DNA of 63,809 bases, counting the filler, from Dimorphilus gyrociliatus (lineage: Eukaryota; Animalia; Annelida): the NCBI GenBank assembly GCA_904063045.1. It is 3 parts of 3 records of this genome, joined end to end, with 100 filler letters (N's around TTAATTAATTAA, not from the genome) between each part and the next. Parts side by side here need not be neighbours in the genome. Positions count along the whole stretch, not along the records: positions 29,307 to 55,435 come from CAJFCJ010000022.1; positions 55,536 to 63,809 come from CAJFCJ010000276.1; 1 more part is not named here. One strand, 5' to 3'. Positions 55,016 to 63,809 of the stretch are shown here, in pieces. A program made the position numbers and the translations under genes. The notes beneath the pieces were generated by a model. It was not told the origin of the DNA and searched no databases. It was given only the letters and a program-made list of their open reading frames with translations. Position 1 is the first letter of the stretch, and every line of letters starts with the position of its first letter.

Positions 55016-55435
55016 TAGGGTTAGGGTTAGGGTTAGGGTTAGGTTAGGGTTAGGGTTAGGTTAGGGTTAGGGTTAGGTTAGGGTTAGGGGTTAGGGTTAG
55101 GGTTAGGGTTAGGGTTAGGGTTAGGGTTAGGTTAGGGTTAGGGTTAGGGTTAGGGTTAGGTTAGGGTTAGGTTAGGGTTAGGGTTAGGGTTAGGGTTAGG
55201 GTTAGGTTAGGGTTAGGGTTAGGGTTAGGGTTAGGGTTAGGGTTAGGTTAGGGTTAGGGTTAGGGTTAGGGTTAGGGTTAGGGTTAGGGTTAGGGTTAGG
55301 GTTAGGTTAGGGTTAGGGTTAGGGTTAGGGTTAGGGTTAGGGTTAGGGTTAGGGTTAGGGTTAGGTTAGGGTTAGGTTAGGGTTAGGGTTAGGGTTAGGG
55401 GTTAGGGTTAGGTTAGGGTTAGGGTTAGGGTTAGG
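55015..55435 (+). repeat. Telomeric (TTAGGG)n array, G-rich strand pointing to the contig end
   Basis: About 420 bp of TTAGGG with scattered TTAGG/TTAGGGG variants, ending at the contig boundary. Confidence 0.97.
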
Positions 55436-55535
55436 NNNNNNNNNNNNNNNNNNNNNNNNNNNNNNNNNNNNNNNNNNNNTTAATTAATTAANNNNNNNNN
55501 NNNNNNNNNNNNNNNNNNNNNNNNNNNNNNNNNNN
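55436..55535. other. Artificial contig-joining spacer
   Basis: 44 N + TTAATTAATTAA + 44 N. Confidence 0.98.
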
Positions 55536-56006
55536 TTAAATAATCGTATTTTTAATTATTAAAATAATGTTTATCTATGTTAAAGAAGTCTGTTATTTTT
55601 GTTTTATTAAAATATCACTTTTTAACGTCTTTATTATTTTAGTACTTTAATATAAGAAATATTTAAATACAAGTTGATTATAAAAATATTCAAATATTTA
55701 AATAAAAGTTATAATAAAAACATTTTAATATTTTAATATTTTAATACAAATGAACTATAAAAGTTATAATAAAAATATAAGAAATATTTTAATACAAATT
55801 ATATACAACAAATATTAACAAAGGGAATCGTTTTTTAATTAAAAATCAAGGAAATAAATTTATTCTTTTATTACTCCCATTATCTGTCATTTAATATTGA
55901 TATATAATTTTAAAATATATTGTAAATTTACTATAAACTTAATTATAAAGATTGTCTTACAGTAATACAATATTTATAATTAAGTTTATAGTAAATTTAT
56001 AATCAA

Positions 56007-58054
56007 TTAACACTTATCACATAGAAATATATTGTATTTTTCTATTATCTTATATATTTTAGTATAGTTCTTAGGATAAATAACGTACCCGAAAGTGCTT
56101 ATCTTTCTAAGATTCTTCAAATGCTTAATTCTAGGTAAAAATTCATTTTCAAAACCATCCCAATATTTTAAAGATTCGCTTGTAATTTCTCTTTGGTAAA
56201 TACCAGATAAACGGTACTTTCTTGCTTCTTTTAATGATAAATTAAAAACTGTATGTTTTAATTCTAATGTTACAAGCCTTTTAAGTTTACTTATAGCAAT
56301 AAAATCCTCTTTTTTTAAAGCCTTGTTATAACGCAAGTCCAACTTCTTTAAGTATTGAAGAGGAGATAAATACGACATTTTATTTCTTAAATCGCAACTC
56401 TGTAAGTTAATTTCTCGTAGGTATGTAATTTTTGATACAGCTATCAAATCTTTAGCTGTCAAATTATCATTATAGCTCAAGTCTAGTTTTTTTAGTTGAT
56501 TTAAATTTAATAAATCATCATTTAGTGTATCTTGTATTTTACAGTCTGATAAGGACAGTACTTCAATATTTTTTATTAACGTTATTATAAATATACCGTA
56601 CTTTTCTCCTATTCTGTAGTTCTTCCTTAAATTTAATACTTTAAGTTTTTTTAAATCAGAAAAGCTAGAAGGTAGTTCGTACTTCAAATGGCAGCTATCA
56701 AAACTTAATCTTTCTAGGTCTTTAAGCTTTGAAATCGCCTTTAAATCTAATTCCGACAAGGAATAGTTCTCATCAAGAATAAGAATTTTTAATTTAGTCA
56801 TTAAAGCTATTTTTTGTATTACATTAGAACTAAAGTGAGCATTTTTCATTGACAATTCTTCTAAGTTTGTTAACTCAGATATAACATTAAAATACAAATT
56901 CTCCATTCGATAATTTCCATTAATGTTAAGTTTTCTTAAATTTCTTGGTAGAAATTTATTTGATTTGGGAATTTTTTCTAAATAGCATTTAGATAGATCT
57001 AATTCTACCAAGCGTTCTAAATCACATAATATATTTAATGTTTGATTGCTGATGCGCATATTACCGGACAAGTTTAGCTTTTTCAGCTTTTTTAGGTTCT
57101 TAAGGGGAGATAAATCTTGATTTCTAACATTACACAATTTTAAACTGAGATATTCTAACTCTGATAATTTGGAAATAGCGATAATATCATCATCAGTTAT
57201 CCAAGGATACTCTTCTATCTTTAGTTTTCTTAATTTCCTAAACACACTAATTTTAGCTACCATTCCTTTTCTTGTCAAACAACGTACAAAATATAATTCT
57301 TCAATGTTTCTCAAAGATAGAAAGGAAGTGAAATCATCATAATACAATAATTCCTAATAGAAGAGAATACTTTGAGGTCCTTTAATTTCATAATATTAGT
57401 TACAGTGAAAACTCTTCTTATATAGCAATAATTTAAATTTAAGTCTGTTAAGCTTCTTAGCTCTGATAAAACCTTAAAATCTTTGATTTCGTTGCTAAAC
57501 CTATTACCAGAGATATCCAACTTTTTCAAATTCACATGATTAGTCATATAAATTAAATCATTTATTAAGAAGTCACAGTTACTCAAATTAAGCTCTTCTA
57601 ATTCTTTTAGGTTTGATATTCCAATTATACAGTCTTTATCAACGTTTTTATTACCAGATAAGATTAATTTTTTAAGTCCTTTTAGAGTACTCAGCTTCTG
57701 TAATAGTATTTTATCTAAATTACAATACGATAAATTTAGCTCTTCCATATTTAATAACTTTGGTAAAATCTCAAATAGTTCATCGTTTAATCCAATAGTG
57801 TAAGATATATCTAAGCGTACAACATATTCTGCCTTCTTAATTGTATTTAAAGCAGGTGTTAATGGTCTGTTATTACTTAATTTTATGTTTTGTAAACCTT
57901 CTATACTCATTATTCTATAAAAATGTGATTTTATGTCTTCTTTTTGCTCTAATTCAAGCTCGCAGTTTTGTCCAATATTGACTTGTTTAAGGTCAGAAAA
58001 CTCTTTTTTAGATGCTAATAGTTTAAGTATTTCACTTAACAATAAGTTAAACAT
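56007..58054 (-). CDS. Intronless LRR protein (~680 aa) split by a 1-nt frameshift near 57345
   Basis: Continuous LxxLxLSxN/C repeats of ~25-26 aa in ORFs 57311-58054 and 56007-57347; adding one T at AATTAT|TGTAT joins them. Confidence 0.8.
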
Positions 58055-58760
58055 AACACCCTTGGTACAAAACTTACATATAAATAAAAATAACTGTATT
58101 TATTCGAAATTTATAAAAATGTAAATTTCATTTCTTCTATTAAATTTTAACAGCCTTTTACATTTCTTAATATTCAAACATTTTCATATCTTATATTAAA
58201 TTTATAAAAAACTTGAAATGTTTTAAAATCCATCGATTTAATTTTAACCTATTTCATAAATTTCTTACAAATTTACTATTTATAGAAATACAAAAATACT
58301 AATCCTAATATAGTAAATTTATGATATTTTAAATATTTTTAAATTTATTGTTTCCAAATTGCTTGGTACAGTAAAGACAGATAAAATCTATTTTTTATAA
58401 AATTTAATATTTAAAAATACTTACATCTAAATTTAAAAAATACGTTCATTTAATTGAATTCTATCGAGAAAACATTAATTTATTTTTTATAAAAACTTTA
58501 AATTAAAAATCAAAATATTTAGTTTTACATATACTTATGATAGTTAGCTTAGATGTTTCAACTATACATATATATTGTTACCTTTCATATATGAAAACTT
58601 ATTAAAATAGAAAATTCGGTTTATGGGTATTATAAAGGATTTTTTAATTAAATCTAAGTTCATTAAATTAATAATCATAGCAGTTACTCTAAAACAAGAC
58701 TAAGGGACTATTTAATCTTTTAAGTTTATCATTCCTAAATCAAGTTGTTTGTAAAATATA

Positions 58761-60030
58761 CAGCCTGTAAAAAAAAGTGAACAAGGAAAGTTTATTAAAA
58801 AACTTATGAAAACAACAATTTTATATTTACATAATATCTTAGAAGAATAAACAATTGCCATGATACTAACAAATATAATTTTGAAAAATTCTATGATCAG
58901 CTTAAATACTTTTTATCTCAGGAAAACTTTTTGGACTGTAAAAAAAAAGTGAACAAGATCAAAACTCTGAAATCTCCCTCTAATAAGGTATAAATTCGAT
59001 CTAATTTAACCCTTTATAACTAGAAAAATCAATGAAGAAACAAGGTGGATAGCCATATTGCTTTATAAATAAAATTTGAAATATCGAGAGATTAGTGATA
59101 AAACAGGACTGCTCTATCAACAGTCCACAAAATAATCAAAAAATATACTAATAATAATACTATAGAACATTTAAGGGGGAATGGTCGACCATCTAAGCTA
59201 TCTAATATCATGAAACATCATTTATTAAACCTTAATAATGAAAACGGATTTTTATCAACAAGAAAAATAGCAAAAAAGACTGAAATAGCATGTAATACCA
59301 ACATTTCACATGCATCTGTAAAGAATTACTTAAATAAAATGGACATCGAAGCCTTCACACCATGTTCTAAGCCACTCTTACAACCAAGGCATATTAAAGC
59401 TAGATACGATGCAAGTAAGAGGTGGATAAAAATGCCAGAAAGCACGTTAAAAACGATTATATTCTCCGATGAATCAAAATTTAACCTTGTCAACAACGAT
59501 GGACGTCCAAAAGTATGGCGTACAAAGTCTTCTAAAGTTGATATTCAAAATATCAAGAAAACTATAAAATTTGGAGGTGGCTCTGTGATGGTTTGGGGCT
59601 GTTTTTCATATTATGGTGTTGGATAACTAAAATTTATAGATACAAAGATGGACGCCGCATATTATTGTAGCATTCTATCCAGCTCTTTACTTAACTATGC
59701 TGAAAAAATGGGTCTTAAAGAGTATATTTTTGTGCAACACAATGACCCAAAACATACAAACAAGCTTGCAAAAGAATTTTTTAGAAAATAATGTTAAAGT
59801 AGAACCTGGCCAGCTCAATCGCCAGACTGTAATCCTATAGAACATCTGTGGGCAATTATAAAGCGTAGAATAGGGCAGAAAACATTCAAAAAAAAATCCG
59901 ATTTAAAAGAAGCTATAACTAAAGAATAGAATTCAATATCAATAGAGATATGTAGAAAACTAGCTTTAAACTTTAAAAAATCTGCATTAATGGTATATAG
60001 AGCAAAATGCGGATATATCATCATATATAT
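58761..60030 (+). mobile_element. Tc1-like transposon remnant with an IR/DR-type left end; right TIR not found
   Basis: TA|CAGCCTGTAAAAAAAAGTGAACAAG, inner repeat at 58936-58957; GRPSKL, IFSDESKF, GGGSVMVWG, QHNDPKH (second catalytic D changed to H), WPAQSPDCNPIEHLW; stops. Confidence 0.9.
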
Positions 60031-60559
60031 AAAAAGACAAAATTGGGGCTAGAAATCAAAATCTTAAACTCTAAAAATACGACTTAGAGCTTCTGTAAAA
60101 CATGTATATTGTTTATCTCTTAATTCTAAAACTCTTGGTTCTTTATCTTTCAACTTAATAAACTATAATTTTTCAAATAAATTCATAAAACATCTAAGCA
60201 TCATTTATAGAAGACAATTTTACTACAAGCAAACGTAAATAAAACTATGAATAATTTTTGTTAATTAAATGCATACCTAATTTGGTAAATATTAAAAGAG
60301 CTATTTATACTTCCAAATATGGAAATGAATTTTCTAGAAAAAATAATAGTATAAATAAAATCATTTTAAAACACCCATATGTTTTCTATAAAAAATAATA
60401 AGCTTCTTAATTTAAAGTTAAAACTTTCTGATGCAGACACAAAAAATGTTTCATCAAATATTGATCATCATATTACTAATGGTGGTCATTCCAAATCTGT
60501 TTGTAGTTGTGCTATAAACAAAAATAAAGTCATTTTTAAAAATAATCTTTTTATCAAAA

Positions 60560-63500
60560 AAGAGGCTGATCCATGCTTTTTATGCATGAATGATGACAAA
60601 TATCACCTCTTAAAGTTATTTTTAAAATTAATAAAATCACTGAAAATGTGATTAATAACAATGAAATACAGTCCAAGAACACTACAGTGGAAGAATGGAC
60701 AAAATATGTAGTTTCTGTAATTCTTTAAATTTGAAGATGAAAGAACTACTAACAAAATATTTAAAAGCTGTTGCCATGGTGGTAAAGTAAACATTCAAAG
60801 TAGAGCAGATTATCCCGTATATCTAAAAGATCTGTTAACAAATAAAAAAAATAAAGACCATAAAAACTTCAAAAAATATATTAGATCTTATAACAGTGCC
60901 GTATCTTTTGCTTCATTTGGTGCTAAGACTAATAAGCATAGTAGTGGCCATATTGTCTGAAGATACATGGCCAAACTTACCACCACAGTTACCATCCCTT
61001 ATCTAATAATGGAGACAGTCAAAAGAAATATGCGCAGCTATATGTTGTCGATAATGAAATGGCAACTAATATAAGATTAAATAATAAAGCAAACGTAGGC
61101 TGTCAAAAAAACATCTTACAAAACCTGGATAATTTAATGAGAGAGTCAAATCCATTTGCTAAAAGTTATAAAAATATCTCTCAAATCGAAAAGAAACATC
61201 CACAGGCCACCTCAATATGGAGTTGGTAGATGATAGCAGGCAAAAAGGACTGCTTAAGAAGAGATTCAGTACTAAAAAGGCAGATGAAGTAGCAATGGTA
61301 TTTAATGACTCTAATGGAGAACCACCAATGGATCGAGATATAAAGGTGTATCCAAAAGAAAATAATATAAAATAATAGATGTACTAAGTCATAATCTCGA
61401 TCCAATGGTATACTCATTATTTTATCCATATGGTGAAAAAGGATGGAGTACAAGTCTAACAAATGGTTGTAAAAAGATATCGATGCTGCAGCACAAAGTA
61501 TCACAGACTGCAGTCAGACTAAATGAATTTAATCCTCTATTATATGGCTCAAGACTATTCCAGCAATGGATCATAGACTCTTATCTACAGGTAGAAGCCA
61601 ATAATTTAAACTATATAAGACTCAATCAAAAAAAACTGAGAGTAGAAAAATATAGAGGATTAATGGATAGTCTAAATAATGATACAGAGGACATAGGGAA
61701 ACCAATTATATTACCATCAACCTTCCAAGGCTCTCCGCGTAATATGAGAGAGATATATAACGACGCAATGGCAATAGTTGGGAAGTATGGAAAGCCAGAT
61801 CTTTTCATAACAATGACATGTAATCCCAACTGGAAGGAAATAAAAGAAAACCTCTTTGATGGCCAAACAGCATCTGACAGGCCAGATTTAGTAGCTCGAG
61901 TATTTAAATTAAAACTATACGAGCTTAAAAAAGACTTAATAAAAATAAAATATTTGGTAAAATAGAGGCTTTTATATATACCATTGAGTTCCAGAAAAGA
62001 GGCCTCCCACATGCTCACATATTAATTATTCTGGATAAAAAAAATAAAATAGAAACAGTTGAGCGAATAAATGAGGTGGTATCTGCAGAGATACCTATAA
62101 TGATAAAATTTTACAATCTAAGGTGCTCAAACATATGATACATGGTCCCTGTGGGGAGACAAACTTAAACTCACCATGCATGGAAAATGGTGAATGTACT
62201 AAGGAGTATCCTAAGCAATACTGTGAGGATACTAAAGTTGGAGACAATTGTTATCCAACTTACATGAGAAGAAAGGGCCATGTATATAAATATAAAAAAT
62301 ACACAGTCGACAATAGAAATGTTGTTCCATACAACAAATACTTATTACTGAAATACAATTGTCATATTAATGTTGAAATCTGCTCGAGCATAAAATCAGT
62401 AAAGTATATTTTAAATATGTATATAAAGGTTATGACTGTGCAAATATAAAGTTATTTAATGGTAATGAGATTGAGCAGTATCTCAGCACCAGATACATGA
62501 GTGCACCAGAAGCAATGTGGAGGCTTCTTGAACACAAAATGCATGATAAGTCCCATGCAATAATAAGATTACCTGTTCATCTTCCTGAACAACAAAATAT
62601 AATATTTAATGAGGACTTTACAAAGGAATAAAGAATAAAGTCTAATTTTAATTAATGGCATGGTTTGAGTTAAATAGAGTAGATAAAGATGCCAATAAAT
62701 ATTTATAACCGAAATTCCTTTGTATTATACATTCGAAAAGGGCCTCTGGAAGAAAAGACAGAGAATCTAACAAATATAATTCCTCGAATGTATACAGTCA
62801 CACCTAATGATACAGAAAGATTCTATCTAAGAATGCTATTATTACATATAAAAGGTGCTAAGTCACTCAATGACTTATTAACAGTTAATAAAATTAAGCA
62901 TAAATCATTCGAGGAAGCAGCAGAGGCATTGGGATTACTATCTACTGATAGTGAGTGGTATAGGTGCATGGAAGAGGCATGTATGACATTAAAGCCTCGG
63001 CAAATAAGACAAGTATTTGTTTATATCTGTGTATTCAACAGACCTCATAATACCAGGAAGCTCTTCTATGATTTCATAGAAGACATGACAGAGGACTTTC
63101 AAGATGATGCTGAAAATCAAGCATTGATTGAAATTAATAATATATTTAAATTACACAGTGTAAATTGTGATACTTTTAACCTACCATCTCCCACAAAACT
63201 TGAGTCGCCAAAAATAGTAAATAAAGATCAAAAAATAGAAAATTACTTATCAAATTATAGTTTATTTAATGAGGAACAGAGGAGTGCTTTTGATAAAATC
63301 ATCAAAAGAGTTAAAACAGATGATGATAAGCGTTTTATGTTCCTCGATGTACCAGGCGGCTCTGGTAAGTCTTTCCTATATGAAACACTGATCAATTATT
63401 TAGAAGGTAGCGATAAATCAGTGATAATTTCGGCAACAACAGGAATAGCCGCAGATATATTCGAAAATGGCAGAACACTCCATTCCACATTCAAACTGCC

Positions 63501-63809
63501 CATACCATTATATGAAAACAGTAGATCATCAATGGATATTAATTCAAAGCATGCAGAAACTTTAAAAGAAGCATCACTTATTGTCATAGATGAGGTTAGC
63601 ATGATGTCAAAGCATGCTTTACATGCCATTGATGATTTATTGAAGAGAATTTGTAAAAATAATAAGTTATTTGGCAATAAATTTATATTACTCGGTGGTG
63701 ATTTCAGACAGACTGCCAATATTGTTGTTAATGGTAGTAAAAATGATATAATTGAGAACTCAGTAAAAAGCTCTCCTCTATGGAAATATGTTTGTATCAT
63801 TAAATTAAA
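60560..63809 (+). mobile_element. Helitron RepHel pseudogene, running off the window end
   Basis: CCHGGKV; ILPSTFQGSPRNM...GKPDLFITMTCNP; EFQKRGLPHAH (HUH); MIHGPCG; YMSAPEA; PGGSGKS; ATTGIAA; IDEVSM; LGGDFRQ; many frameshifts. Confidence 0.95.

Noticed and set aside
29307-55435. Contig 2 as a complete nanochromosome
   Set aside because: Only the right end has telomeric repeats; the left end has no (CCCTAA)n.
55015-55435. TTAGG/TTAGGGG variants as a mixed telomerase repeat
   Set aside because: Both G loss and G gain occur only in the homopolymer, as expected from long-read error; accurate reads are needed.

Overview
Eukaryotic (invertebrate, probably spiralian/annelid-like; taxon is inference) AT-rich DNA made of three unrelated contigs joined artificially by 100-bp spacers (44 N + TTAATTAATTAA + 44 N at 29207-29306 and 55436-55535). 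Contig 1 (1-29206) is rich in transposons and receptor genes: a defective BEL/Pao LTR retrotransposon carrying a TSD-flanked pure poly(A) insertion, an intronless class A GPCR, a GRL101-type LDLa-LRR-7TM gene with a full-length PHD-FLYWCH MULE transposon inside it, two Tc1 remnants, a decayed SRCR-SRCR-CTL-LDLa-LRR receptor and an RNI-like LRR array. Contig 2 (29307-55435) is a gene-dense chromosome end: a decayed MMP copy, an intact intronless MMP, an SLC6 transporter, a beta-1,3-galactosyltransferase-family gene, NCLX/SLC8B1 with a clear AT-AC U12 minor intron, and a CBM14-TSP1-C1q x3 pseudogene cut off at its 5' end. That pseudogene is followed by degenerate telomeric repeats, a ~380-bp subtelomeric block and a (TTAGGG)n array. 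The most striking signal is a minimal type I hammerhead ribozyme of the Penelope-like-element kind, on the C-rich strand and fused directly to the first telomeric repeat. This layout resembles telomere-associated endonuclease-deficient PLEs (Athena/Coprina/terminons) and suggests a retroelement-healed chromosome end. Contig 3 (55536-63809) holds an intronless LRR gene with a 1-nt frameshift, a Tc1 remnant and a decayed Helitron. No CRISPR array, rRNA or tRNA gene was recognised. All domain calls come from motifs recognised by eye, not from database searches.
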